DNA of 64,000 bases from Acidimicrobiia bacterium (GCA_965203555.1 CBDBCY010000004.1:1184001-1248000); one strand, 5' to 3'. Shown: positions 9,600 to 19,420, counted from the first letter of the stretch. Notes: generated by a model from the sequence alone, not told the origin. Translations and numbers: made by a program.

Positions 9600-10421
9600 C
9601 TAGCGGCCGGTGGGGATCGGAGAGTGGGGAATGCACATCGGCGAGTTGGTCTTCGGGTCGGTGACCACCGAGGCTTCGACGCCGAAGCAGCTTCGCAGGA
9701 GTTCGGGAGTCAATACATCGCCGGGAGGGCCGTCGGAGACCACCTCGCCGTCGGACATGGCGATCATGCGATCTGAGAATCGGGCGGCATGGTTGAGGTC
9801 GTGGAGCACCATCACGATGGTCACCCCCCGGTCCCGGTTGAGACCGGAGACCAGCTCCAGCAGGTCCAGTTGGTGCCCGACGTCGAGGAAGGTGGTGGGC
9901 TCGTCGAGCAGCAGAATGTCGGTCCTCTGGGCAAGCGCCAGAGCCATCCAGGCTCGCTGGCGCTCACCGCCCGACAGGGTGTCGATGGGACGGTGGACGA
10001 AGTCCTCGAGGCGGGTCATCCGGATGGCTTCTCCGATGGCCTCGTCGTCCTGGCGGCGGAGCATTCCCAGAGCGCCGACGTGGGGAAAGCGCCCCTGTTC
10101 AACCAGTTCTGTGACCGTGAGTTCCGCCGGGACCTCGTGCACCTGGGGAAGGATGGCCATCTGGCGGGCCACCTGCCGGGTGGGCAGGCGGTTTATGTCT
10201 CGGCCGTTCAGGTAGACAGAACCCGACAGCGGCGCGATCAGGCGCGCCAGGGTCTTTAGGGTGGTGCTCTTTCCCGAACCGTTGGGACCCACCAGAGACG
10301 TCCGGGTCCCCTTTTCGATGCTGAGGGTGAGGTGCGGGGAGACCACATGATTCCGGTAACCGGTGGAGACTCCATCGATGTGAAAAGCGAGACCTCCGGG
10401 GCTCGACTGTTCCTTGGTCAT
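9600..10421 (-). CDS. Metal-chelate (iron-siderophore type) ABC ATPase
   Basis: GPNGSGKST, LSGGERQRAW, LLDEPTTFLD, VLHDLN; start MTKEQ overlaps the upstream stop. Confidence 0.93.
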   Translation of the reverse strand: MTKEQSSPGGLAFHIDGVSTGYRNHVVSPHLTLSIEKGTRTSLVGPNGSGKSTTLKTLARLIAPLSGSVYLNGRDINRLPTRQVARQMAILPQVHEVPAELTVTELVEQGRFPHVGALGMLRRQDDEAIGEAIRMTRLEDFVHRPIDTLSGGERQRAWMALALAQRTDILLLDEPTTFLDVGHQLDLLELVSGLNRDRGVTIVMVLHDLNHAARFSDRMIAMSDGEVVSDGPPGDVLTPELLRSCFGVEASVVTDPKTNSPMCIPHSPIPTGR

Positions 10422-11506
10422 CGCACGCGCTCTCTCATCAAGTAGAGGAAGAACGGCGCTCCCACCAGGGCGGTGAAGGCGCCGACCGGGACGCGGCTGC
10501 CGCTCTCGGTTCGTATGTCCACGAAGGGTATCCAGTCGAGCGAGAAGACGCGGGCCAGGAGGTCGGCGCTGACCAGAATTATGGCGCCCACCAGCGCCGA
10601 ACATATCAAGAGCCGACGCAGGTCCGAGCCCACCAGGGTTCGGGCCAGGTGCGGGCCGATCAGACCCAGGAAGGCGATGCCGCCCACCACCGATATCGAT
10701 CCGGCGGCCAGCACCACCGCGGTCATGAGGATGATGCCCCGGGCCACCTCGGTCCTGAGGCCCAGGCTTACCGAGGTGGCGTCCCCCAGTTGCAGGGCAT
10801 TGGCCAGGGGGATGATCATCACCACCAGTGGGAGGATCAGAACGGCGACCGGGACCAGAAAGACCAGGTGGTCCCAGGTCCTGGTGCCGAGCGATCCGAC
10901 CAGCCATCGCACGATCGAGTCGATATGACTGCCCGAGACCAGCACCAGGAACGAGGTGATCGAAGAGACCGCGGCGGCGACGATCACTCCGGTGAGAATC
11001 AGCCGGATGGGATCGGTGCCGGCGCGGCGGTAGCTCAGCAGGTAAACGAGAGCGCCGGCTATCAGACCTCCTGCGATCGCCGCCAGGGGCACGAAGACGT
11101 TGAGGTCGTCGAGCGCTCCCTCCGTTCCGTAGCTGATGGCCAGCGCCAGGACCGCGCCCAGGACCGCCCCCTGCGTGACGCCGACCGTGGCGGGAGCAGC
11201 CAGCGGATTGCGAAGGACCGACTGGAGGAACGCCCCGGAGGAAGCCAGCATCGCTCCCGCCAGGGCGGCGATCAGGACCCGAGGCAGTCGCACTTCCCAG
11301 ACCGAGATGCGGTGATGGACCTCCTCGGCCTGGTTGATCAGCGCCTTGAAGACCAGGTCGGGACCGAAGAAGACCGGACCGAGCATCACGTAGGCGAACA
11401 TCAGGGCCAGCAGCGCCAAGGCCAGGATCACGAGTATCCGGCGAGATCGAACCCGTGGGTTCACAACGTCGTGGCGGCGGCGGCCGTTGATGGCGGTGGC
11501 GGTCAC
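10418..11506 (-). CDS. FecCD-family permease
   Basis: VRLPRVL, RNPLAAP, FLGLIGPHLAR, GAPFFLYL. Confidence 0.93.
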   Translation of the reverse strand: MTATAINGRRRHDVVNPRVRSRRILVILALALLALMFAYVMLGPVFFGPDLVFKALINQAEEVHHRISVWEVRLPRVLIAALAGAMLASSGAFLQSVLRNPLAAPATVGVTQGAVLGAVLALAISYGTEGALDDLNVFVPLAAIAGGLIAGALVYLLSYRRAGTDPIRLILTGVIVAAAVSSITSFLVLVSGSHIDSIVRWLVGSLGTRTWDHLVFLVPVAVLILPLVVMIIPLANALQLGDATSVSLGLRTEVARGIILMTAVVLAAGSISVVGGIAFLGLIGPHLARTLVGSDLRRLLICSALVGAIILVSADLLARVFSLDWIPFVDIRTESGSRVPVGAFTALVGAPFFLYLMRERVR

Positions 11507-12507
11507 GGGACGGCCTTTCGCCGCAACAGCCCGCGTTGCATGAGCGTCAACAGCACCGGAGCGCCGAAGGCCACCGTCCACAGACCGACCGCGATCTCGT
11601 GGGGATGGAGGGCCAGGCGGGCGGCCATGTCGGCGCCCAGCACCAGAATCGCTCCGACCACTGCGGACAGGGGCACAACGATCCGGGCGTCGGAGGTCCG
11701 CAACAACCTGCGGACTATGTGAGGCGACACCAACGCTATGAATCCGATCGGCCCGGCAATGGCGATCACCGGCGCCACCAGCAGGACCGATGCTCCGAAC
11801 AGCACCGCCCTGGTCCGTCGAACGCCGACACCGAGACCCTCCGCCACCTCGTCACCCAACTTCAAAGCGTTCAACGGCCTCCCGGCCAGGAGGAATACCA
11901 CCAAGAGAGTGATGGTCCAGGGGGCGACCAGGCGCACCTCCTCCCATTGAACGTCGGAGAGACTCCCCACCAGGAACCGGTAGATGACCGAGACGCCCCC
12001 GAAGTTGGGAGCAAGCGTTATCACCGCTATGACCAGCGCGTTCAACAGCGCGGTGAATGCCGCTCCCACCAACAGCATCCGCATGGGGTTGCTCTTGAGG
12101 CTCACCAGCGACAGGATCGCCGTTCCCGTGGCCAGACCGGCCACCAGGGCGGCGATGGGCAGGGCGATGCCCGTGAACGGGAGTCGGAAGGCAACGATGG
12201 TGGCCACCGCCAGGGAGGCGCCGGCCGACACGCCGATCAACTCCGGTCCGGCCAGCGGGTTGCGGAGCGTATCCTGCATGACCGCTCCCGAGGCGCCGAG
12301 CATGGCGCCGGCCACCACTGCGCCGACGACTCTGGGAAGCCGAAGGTTCTGCACGATGAATTGCTGGTTGCCTTCGGACGTCTCCGGACCGAAGAGGGCG
12401 TTCAGTACCTCCGCCACGGATAGGTCAGGCGTCCCCCACATGAGCGACAGGACAGCCACGGCTGCGCACAAGCAGGTGATGATGGCCACCACGGTGGCCG
12501 CCCGCAT
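11503..12507 (-). CDS. FecCD-family permease
   Basis: LRLPRVV, RNPLAGP, GPIGFIALVSPH. Confidence 0.93.
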   Translation of the reverse strand: MRAATVVAIITCLCAAVAVLSLMWGTPDLSVAEVLNALFGPETSEGNQQFIVQNLRLPRVVGAVVAGAMLGASGAVMQDTLRNPLAGPELIGVSAGASLAVATIVAFRLPFTGIALPIAALVAGLATGTAILSLVSLKSNPMRMLLVGAAFTALLNALVIAVITLAPNFGGVSVIYRFLVGSLSDVQWEEVRLVAPWTITLLVVFLLAGRPLNALKLGDEVAEGLGVGVRRTRAVLFGASVLLVAPVIAIAGPIGFIALVSPHIVRRLLRTSDARIVVPLSAVVGAILVLGADMAARLALHPHEIAVGLWTVAFGAPVLLTLMQRGLLRRKAVP

Positions 12508-12545
12508 CCAACGGTTCCGGTAAAGCGAGACTCTCTCCTTAGAGA

Positions 12546-12580
12546 AAGGAGGGACGCCTGGAGCAGCAGCGGCCCTCCTT
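12546..12580 (-). promoter_or_regulatory. Stem-loop between the binding-protein and permease genes
   Basis: aaggaggg...ccctcctt inverted repeat just after the binding-protein stop. Confidence 0.5.
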
Positions 12581-12609
12581 CCTCGGCTTGTCCTGGTGGA
12601 TCAACCGTT

Positions 12610-14625
12610 CTATGGCGTCGGCATCCAGACTGACAGGTCGCCTGGGTGGTTGTAGACCTCAGGCCAACCGGCATTCAGATAGCACTGATAGGCCCATTGG
12701 AGCATCAACAGTCCGTGACCGAACGCACCCGCCGAGTCCTCCTCGCACACCCTGCCCTCACGATGAGCAGTGGTCTGCAACCACACCTCCGCAGTCACGG
12801 TGTCCTTACGAGCACTCCCCGGCCAGGTGATCATCACCCACACCTCAGGATCGGCCTCCAATACGAACTCCCACGAGAACTCACTGTCCGCAGACCCATA
12901 CTCGGAAACACCCTGATCCGGGAACACACACGTCCCCGCACCCTCGGAATGCAAGAACCGACAGAACGACGAAGAATCCCAGATCATCCAGTTGGTGTCA
13001 CCGAACCCAACCGCCACCCTCGTCTCAACAGCACCAGCAGGCAAACTCGCCGACAAAGCCCCAACGTTGGCGTCGAAGCGGGCAATCGCCGCAGCAGCCT
13101 CATCCTCCCTACCGGTCAACAGGCCCACATCGACCCAACCCTCCTTGAGAGTCGCCACACCGCCGATATCCACCAGATACACCGGCGCCACAACCTCCAG
13201 CGCGTCCCGGACCTCTTCCTCACCGACCCGGCCGATGATCAGATCAGGCTCATACTGAGCCACTTCCTCCACCGACATCCGATCACCCAACACCGGAATC
13301 GACGCCGCCCCATCACCGTAATAGGCAGCAGCACTACCCCAACCATCACCCCGATGCATAGCCACCGGCACAATCCCCAGATCCGACGTCAGATCAGTGC
13401 AATTGTCCTGCACACACAAAACCCGCTCAGCCGGACCATCCAACGTGATCTCACGCCCACTCCCATCCGTAACCGACAAACTCACCGGCGCCTCGGTATT
13501 GAACGCTGCATCGGTGCCCGGCATCCAGACTGACAGGTCGCCCGGGTGGTTGTAGGTGTCGGGCCAACCGGCGTTCAGGTAACACTGGTATGCCCATTGG
13601 AGCATCAACAGTCCATGACCGAACGCACCCGCCGAGTCCTCCTCGCACACCCTGCCCTCACGATGAGCAGTGGTCTGCAACCACACCTCCGCAGTCACGG
13701 TGTCCTTACGAGCACTCCCCGGCCAGGTGATCATCACCCACACCTCAGGATCGGCCTCCAATACGAACTCCCACGAGAACTCACTGTCCGCAGACCCATA
13801 CTCGGAAACACCCTGATCCGGGAACACACACGTCCCCGCACCCTCGGAATGCAAGAACCGACAGAACGACGAAGAATCCCAGATCATCCAGTTGGTGTCA
13901 CCGAACCCAACCGCCACCCTCGTCTCAACAGCACCAGCAGGCAAACTCGCCGACAAAGCCCCAACGTTGGCGTCGAAGCGGGCAATCGCCGCAGCAGCCT
14001 CATCCTCCCTACCGGTCAACAGGCCCACATCGACCCAACCCTCCTTGAGAGTCGCCACACCGCCGATATCCACCAGATACACCGGCGCCACAACCTCCAG
14101 CGCGTCCCGGACCTCTTCCTCACCGACCCGGCCGATGATCAGATCAGGCTCATACTGAGCCACTTCCTCCACCGACATCCGATCACCCAACACCGGAATC
14201 GACGCCGCCCCATCACCGTAATAGGCAGCAGCGCTACCCCAACCATCACCCCGATGCATAGCCACCGGCACAATCCCCAGATCCGACGTCAGATCAGTGC
14301 AATTGTCCTGCACACACAAAACCCGCTCAGCCGGACCATCCAACGTGATCTCACGCCCACTCCCATCCGTAACCGACAAACTCACCGGCGCCTCGTCAGT
14401 GGGCTCTTCAGTGGAGGGCGCGGCCGTGGTGGCCGGCGCCTCTTCAGTGGCGGGCGCCGCGGTGGTGGTCGTTTCAGCCGCCGCCGCGGTTGTTGGGGCC
14501 GCCGCTTCGGTCGTCTCGGTGGCCTCATCTCCGCAGGCGGACATCACCAGCAGAAAGACCGCAAGCACACCGATAGAGCGAGTCCTCGCAAGCTTTCCCC
14601 GTTTGAATGCTCCCAGATTGGTCAT
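12610..14625 (-). CDS. Iron-chelate ABC substrate-binding lipoprotein with two tandem binding domains
   Basis: Lipobox MSAC, TA-rich linker, VTDGSGREITLDGPAERV and EPDLII each twice; start placed at ATG 14625 because the longer ORF runs through the Fur box. Confidence 0.88.
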   Translation of the reverse strand: MTNLGAFKRGKLARTRSIGVLAVFLLVMSACGDEATETTEAAAPTTAAAAETTTTAAPATEEAPATTAAPSTEEPTDEAPVSLSVTDGSGREITLDGPAERVLCVQDNCTDLTSDLGIVPVAMHRGDGWGSAAAYYGDGAASIPVLGDRMSVEEVAQYEPDLIIGRVGEEEVRDALEVVAPVYLVDIGGVATLKEGWVDVGLLTGREDEAAAAIARFDANVGALSASLPAGAVETRVAVGFGDTNWMIWDSSSFCRFLHSEGAGTCVFPDQGVSEYGSADSEFSWEFVLEADPEVWVMITWPGSARKDTVTAEVWLQTTAHREGRVCEEDSAGAFGHGLLMLQWAYQCYLNAGWPDTYNHPGDLSVWMPGTDAAFNTEAPVSLSVTDGSGREITLDGPAERVLCVQDNCTDLTSDLGIVPVAMHRGDGWGSAAAYYGDGAASIPVLGDRMSVEEVAQYEPDLIIGRVGEEEVRDALEVVAPVYLVDIGGVATLKEGWVDVGLLTGREDEAAAAIARFDANVGALSASLPAGAVETRVAVGFGDTNWMIWDSSSFCRFLHSEGAGTCVFPDQGVSEYGSADSEFSWEFVLEADPEVWVMITWPGSARKDTVTAEVWLQTTAHREGRVCEEDSAGAFGHGLLMLQWAYQCYLNAGWPEVYNHPGDLSVWMPTP
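12619..14395. repeat. 877-bp direct repeat with period 900 (12619-13495 and 13519-14395)
   Basis: Line-by-line comparison gave 12 mismatches, 11 of them within 12643-12715. Confidence 0.97.
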
Positions 14626-14674
14626 AACGAAGTCATCCCTTTCCTTCGACTCCTTGACTAGATATCCTCGACCA

Positions 14675-14695
14675 TGAGAATGATAATCATTCTCA
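14675..14695. promoter_or_regulatory. Fur-type operator
   Basis: TGAGAATGAT-A-ATCATTCTCA is a perfect 10-1-10 palindrome matching GATAATGATAATCATTATC at 17/19; abuts TATACT (-10, minus strand, 14695-14700) upstream of iron ABC genes. Confidence 0.85.
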
Positions 14696-14920
14696 GTATA
14701 CCCCTCCCGCGGCTCCCGGCGGCCCCTATCCGGGGCGATTTGCAGGATTGCGGGATCAAGGTCGACCGACTCCGTGACGACCGTCATGGCGGACTCTTTT
14801 CCATTGAGACGGTCTGTGCGCCCGAATGGCGCGGCCTGACCTCAATTAATTCCCTTCCTCCCCAGTAAGACCCGCAAGTTGAGGGTTAGCCTTTTTGGCA
14901 AGCCCACGGAAGGAGTTGTA

Positions 14921-16621
14921 GTGAGTTTGTTGAGAAAGAAGGCAGTGTTTGGTGTTTCATTGCTCTTGGTTCTGTCGCTGATCGCGGCGGCCTGCGGAGA
15001 CGACGCCGAGGAAGCACCTGCCACCACGGCGGCCGCTGCAGTGACAACCACCGCTGCCGCTCCCGCCACGACGGCCGCGCCCGCCGCAGAAGAGCCTGCG
15101 CCGGACGATGACATGGCCGACGAGGACATGCCGGCCGAAGAAGACGACATGACGGAAGAGGACGCGGACGGTCCCAAACGGGGCGGAGACCTGATTTTCG
15201 CCCGCCACAGGGACAACACCACCCTCGACCCCGGAGCGGCGGTGGAGACCGACACCATCTATGTCCTCGATCACATCTTCGAGACCCTGTTCGCCACCAG
15301 CGCCGACGGGTCCTCGGTGGATCCCTGGCTCGCCAGCGACTACGAGGTCTCAGACGACGGGAAGTCATGGACCGTCACCCTGCGTGAAGGCGTGGAGTTC
15401 TCCAACGGTCAGCCGATGACCTCGGCCGATGTGAAGTTCTCGATCCAGCGGGCGATCGACGAGGCGGCATTCGGCTTCCTCCTGTCCGCCATAGAGTCGA
15501 TCGAGACTCCCGACGACATGACGGTGGTGTTCAACACCAGCTTCCCGTGGGCGCCGTTCCTCGCCGACCTCTCGGTGTGGGCGGCCGCCATCATGCCCGC
15601 CGACTACGCAGGCATGAGCGCCGAGGAGTTCTTCGAGGACCCGATCGGGACCGGACCCTTCCTCTTCGACGAATGGGTTCCCGGCGAGTACATCCGGCTG
15701 GTGAGGAATGACAACTACTGGCAGGAAGGAAAGCCCTATGTGGACAGCGTCACCTGGACCCAGGTCCCGGACGACAACACCCGCATCCTCCAGTTGGAGG
15801 GCGGCCAGGCGCACATCGCCCAGAACGTGCCGCTCAACCTGTTGGCCTCCCTCAACGAGAAGGATGGCATAACCGCCACCACCTTCCCGGCCACCACGGT
15901 TTACTGGGTGAGCTTCAACACCACCATCGAGCCGTTCAATGACCGCCATGTGCGGCGGGCGATCGCACACGCCATCGACCAGGACGCCATAGCCAACGCC
16001 GCCCTGTTCGGGCACGGCGGCCCGGCGTGCTCGGTGATCTCCCCGGCGGTGCCGTTTCACGATCCCGACACGCCCTGCCTGGAGTCCAACATGGATCTGG
16101 CCCGAGCCGAACTGGCCCAGTCGAGCGTGCCGGACGGCTTCTCGGCCGAGTACCTAGTGGGCGACCAGTCGCCGAACCTGCCGATCGTGGAGATCATCCA
16201 GGGACAGTTGGCGCCGCTCGGCATCGACATCTCGATCCGGACCATCGATCCCGGACAGTTCTACTCCACCATCTTCGTGTTCGACTACGAGATAGCGTTC
16301 ACCGGCTGGACGATGGACATCCCCGATCCGGACCAGAAGATCTCCTTCATGTTCGACCCGGAACTGGGTGGAGGCGACTCCTACAGCACCGGTTACAACA
16401 ACCCGGAGATGATCGAGTTGGTCAGGGCCGGCCAGACGACGTTCGCTGACGCCGATCGCGCGCAGATCTACTCCGACATCCAGGCTCTCAACGCCGAAGA
16501 GGTGCCGTTCATCCCCTTGGTGGTGCTGGACGCACCGTTCGCATGGAGCGACAGCGTCAAGGGCCTGTGGGTGAACCCGGTTGGCAAGCGCCACCTGGAG
16601 GACGTTTGGCTGGACGAGTAA
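14921..16621 (+). CDS. Peptide/nickel (family 5) ABC substrate-binding lipoprotein
   Basis: Lipobox AAAC, LREGVEFSNGQPMTSADVKFS, PIGTGPF; RBS GGAAGGAG before GTG 14921. Confidence 0.92.
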   Translation: MSLLRKKAVFGVSLLLVLSLIAAACGDDAEEAPATTAAAAVTTTAAAPATTAAPAAEEPAPDDDMADEDMPAEEDDMTEEDADGPKRGGDLIFARHRDNTTLDPGAAVETDTIYVLDHIFETLFATSADGSSVDPWLASDYEVSDDGKSWTVTLREGVEFSNGQPMTSADVKFSIQRAIDEAAFGFLLSAIESIETPDDMTVVFNTSFPWAPFLADLSVWAAAIMPADYAGMSAEEFFEDPIGTGPFLFDEWVPGEYIRLVRNDNYWQEGKPYVDSVTWTQVPDDNTRILQLEGGQAHIAQNVPLNLLASLNEKDGITATTFPATTVYWVSFNTTIEPFNDRHVRRAIAHAIDQDAIANAALFGHGGPACSVISPAVPFHDPDTPCLESNMDLARAELAQSSVPDGFSAEYLVGDQSPNLPIVEIIQGQLAPLGIDISIRTIDPGQFYSTIFVFDYEIAFTGWTMDIPDPDQKISFMFDPELGGGDSYSTGYNNPEMIELVRAGQTTFADADRAQIYSDIQALNAEEVPFIPLVVLDAPFAWSDSVKGLWVNPVGKRHLEDVWLDE

Positions 16622-16650
16622 AGACAGTCCTGTAGCAGGCGGCGCGGAAG

Positions 16651-17589
16651 ATGGCCCTTCGGTACTTCCTCCGCCGCCTGCTCAGGATGATCCCGGTGAT
16701 CCTGGGGATGACGATCATCGTCTTCTTCATGATCCATCTGGTGCCCGGGGATCCGGCGCGCACGCTCCTGGGACCCCGGGCGCCCGCCGAGGCGATCGAG
16801 GCATTCAATCTCCGGTGGGGATTCGATCGTCCCCTGCATGAACAGTTCGTCTCGTTCCTGGGAGGCCTCCTGCAGGGAGACCTCGGGACCTCCATGAGCT
16901 ACAACGTTCCCACCACCGAACTGGTGACGGGCCGGTTCACCCCCACGCTCCTGCTGTTGGGGATCTCGGCGCTGTTCGCCATGGTCATCTCCCTGCCGCT
17001 GGCGGTGGTGGCCGCTCTCCGGGAGGACCGCACGCCCGACCACGTGGTGCGGGTGATCCCGATGGTGGGCCTCGGGCTGCCGGCGTTCTGGGTGGGGATC
17101 CTCCTTCTGACGTTCGTGGCCCTGCGGGTGGAATGGCTTCCGGTGGGCGGGTACGGCGCCACCTGGCCCCAGCGCCTGATCGCCATGATCCTGCCCGGAC
17201 TGACGGTGGCGATCGGTATCGCTCCCTTCACCATCCGGAGCCTCCGGTCGTCGCTGATCGAGGTGATGGAAGCCGACTACATCGCCACCGCCCGGGCCAA
17301 AGGCCTCGCCGGAGTACGGGTGCTCTGGGCCCATGGGCTTCGCAATGCGGTGATTCCCACCGTCACGGTGCTGGGGGTGAACCTCGGGTGGCTGGTGGGG
17401 AACACCCTGATCGTGGAGAAAGTGTTCGCCCTTCCCGGCCTGGGGGCGTTGATGATCGACGCGGTCCTGGAACGTGACTTCGCGGTCGTCCAGGGACTGG
17501 CGCTGATTTTCGGGCTGCTGGTGGTGCTGGTGAACCTTCTGGCCGACGTGGTGCGGGCCTCTCTCGATCCCAGGGTGCAATTGTCATGA
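16651..17589 (+). CDS. DppB/OppB-like permease
   Basis: VPGDPA, DYIATARAKGL, VEKVFALPGLG. Confidence 0.93.
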   Translation: MALRYFLRRLLRMIPVILGMTIIVFFMIHLVPGDPARTLLGPRAPAEAIEAFNLRWGFDRPLHEQFVSFLGGLLQGDLGTSMSYNVPTTELVTGRFTPTLLLLGISALFAMVISLPLAVVAALREDRTPDHVVRVIPMVGLGLPAFWVGILLLTFVALRVEWLPVGGYGATWPQRLIAMILPGLTVAIGIAPFTIRSLRSSLIEVMEADYIATARAKGLAGVRVLWAHGLRNAVIPTVTVLGVNLGWLVGNTLIVEKVFALPGLGALMIDAVLERDFAVVQGLALIFGLLVVLVNLLADVVRASLDPRVQLS

Positions 17590-18428
17590 TTGCGGTGTCG
17601 CGGTCGGTCTCCCCGAAGACGGCCCGGGGCCGCCGTTCCTATTCGCTGGTGCTCGGCGCCGGCCTGCTGGGGGTGATCGTGGCGGCCGCCATCCTGGCGC
17701 CCTGGATCACTCCCTATGATCCCCTCGCCCACGACCTGGAGTCGATCCTGGCGCCGCCGTCCTCGGACCACCTGCTTGGCACCGATCACCTGGGCCGGGA
17801 CGTGTGGACCCGCCTTCTTTATGCGGCGCGCCTCGACCTCCTGATCGGGATAGGGGCGGTGATCACCCCGTTCGTGACCGGGACCCTGCTCGGGGCGGTG
17901 GCCGGATACTACGGGGGCAGGATCGACCTGGCTGTCTCCGCCGCCACCGACATGCTGATGGCCTTCCCCTACTACGTGCTGATCATCGCCCTGGTGTTCT
18001 CGCTGGGACCCGGCATCCCGTCCATCTTCATCGCCATGGCGATCGTGGCCTGGGTGTCCTACGCCCGGATAGTCCGGGGGGAGGTGCTCTCGGCCCGGGG
18101 CCAGCAGTACGTGATGGCGGCCAAGACCCTCGGATACAGCGACCTGCGCATAATCGTGCGCCACATCCTCCCCAACGTGATCACCCAGCCGGTGACCTAC
18201 GCCATGTCGGACATCGTGGTGATCATCGTGGGAGTGGTCACCCTCAGCTACCTGGGCCTGGGGGTCCCTCCCCCCACCCCCGACTGGGGATCGATGATCG
18301 CTTCGGGACAGAGTTTCATGACCACCCAGTGGCAGTTGTCGACCATTCCCGGGATCGCGGTGGTGATCGTCGGATTGTCCTTCTCCCTGATCGGAGACGG
18401 GCTGACCCACAGGCTGCGTCCCGAATGA
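17586..18428 (+). CDS. DppC/OppC-like permease
   Basis: HLLGTDHLGRD, RHILPN, LSYLGLGVPPPTPDWG. Confidence 0.93.
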   Translation: MIAVSRSVSPKTARGRRSYSLVLGAGLLGVIVAAAILAPWITPYDPLAHDLESILAPPSSDHLLGTDHLGRDVWTRLLYAARLDLLIGIGAVITPFVTGTLLGAVAGYYGGRIDLAVSAATDMLMAFPYYVLIIALVFSLGPGIPSIFIAMAIVAWVSYARIVRGEVLSARGQQYVMAAKTLGYSDLRIIVRHILPNVITQPVTYAMSDIVVIIVGVVTLSYLGLGVPPPTPDWGSMIASGQSFMTTQWQLSTIPGIAVVIVGLSFSLIGDGLTHRLRPE

Positions 18429-19420
18429 GCGCTCCGGTTCTTCAGGTCCGCGATCTGCAGGTGCGACTCTCTTCGCCCCGGGGCGTGGTGCAGGCCGTCC
18501 GGGGTGTGTCCTTCGACGTCGAGGCCGGCCAGACCCACGGCATCGTCGGCGAATCGGGCAGCGGGAAGACCACCCTGCTGCGCGCCATCCTGGGGCTTCT
18601 GCCCGGAAACGCCGCGGCCGGTGGGACCATTTCGGTCTCCGGTCGGCCCGTCCCCCTGGCCGGGGGGCCCTCCAAGGCGGTGGACGGGGTCAGCATCGTG
18701 TTCCAGGAGCCGATGACCGCCCTCAATCCGGTGGTGAGGGTGGGTCACCAGATCTCCGAGGCCCCCCGACACAGGCTGGGCCTGGGGCGGCGGGCCGCCC
18801 GGGACCGGGCACTGGAACTGATGCGCCAGGTGGGGATCCCCGATCCGGTACGCCGCTTCGACGCCTATCCGCACGAGCTTTCGGGAGGGCTGAGCCAACG
18901 GGTGCTGATCGCCATCGCCCTGTCGGCCGAACCAAAGATCATTCTCTGCGACGAGCCCACCACTGCCCTGGACGTCACCGTGCAGGACCAGATCCTGAAG
19001 CTGTTCAGCAGGATCTCGGAGGAGACCGGGGTGGCGATCGTATACGTCACCCACGACCTGGCGGTGGTGGCCCAGACCTGTCGCACCGTGTCCGTGATGT
19101 ACGCCGGGCAATTCCTCGAGTCGGGGACCATCGACTCGGTTTTCGGACAGTCCCGCCATCCCTACACCCTGGGGCTCCTGGGGGCGGTGCCCGACGTCAG
19201 CCGGGGGCGGACCCCGCTGGTGGCCATACCGGGATCGCCTCCCGATCTGGTCAGTCCCGGCGAGGGCTGTCCGTTCCAGCCGCGCTGCTCCTACGCACTG
19301 GAGGACTGTGCCCACGGAGTGTTCTCCCTCCGGAGTCTCAGCCACCATCAGTCGACGGCCTGCATAAGGTCCGATGCTCTTTCCGGCCTTGTGGCTGCCG
19401 CGGAAGCGGAGGCGTCGTGA
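18425..19420 (+). CDS. DppD-like ABC ATPase
   Basis: GESGSGKT, YPHELSGG, HPYT and GCPFQPRC C-terminal motif. Confidence 0.93.
   Translation: MSAPVLQVRDLQVRLSSPRGVVQAVRGVSFDVEAGQTHGIVGESGSGKTTLLRAILGLLPGNAAAGGTISVSGRPVPLAGGPSKAVDGVSIVFQEPMTALNPVVRVGHQISEAPRHRLGLGRRAARDRALELMRQVGIPDPVRRFDAYPHELSGGLSQRVLIAIALSAEPKIILCDEPTTALDVTVQDQILKLFSRISEETGVAIVYVTHDLAVVAQTCRTVSVMYAGQFLESGTIDSVFGQSRHPYTLGLLGAVPDVSRGRTPLVAIPGSPPDLVSPGEGCPFQPRCSYALEDCAHGVFSLRSLSHHQSTACIRSDALSGLVAAAEAEAS

Noticed and set aside
12619-14395. Diversity-generating retroelement TR/VR pair
   Set aside because: Mismatches are not confined to adenines, are mostly synonymous, both copies are in-frame domains, and there is no reverse transcriptase in the window
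14626-14787. Long N-terminal extension of the binding protein in the ORF track
   Set aside because: It runs through the Fur box and -10 element; the lipoprotein signal fits a start at 14625
14880-14898. DtxR/IdeR box (GGTTAGCCT)
   Set aside because: Only about 9 of 19 positions match, it is not palindromic, and it precedes a peptide transporter
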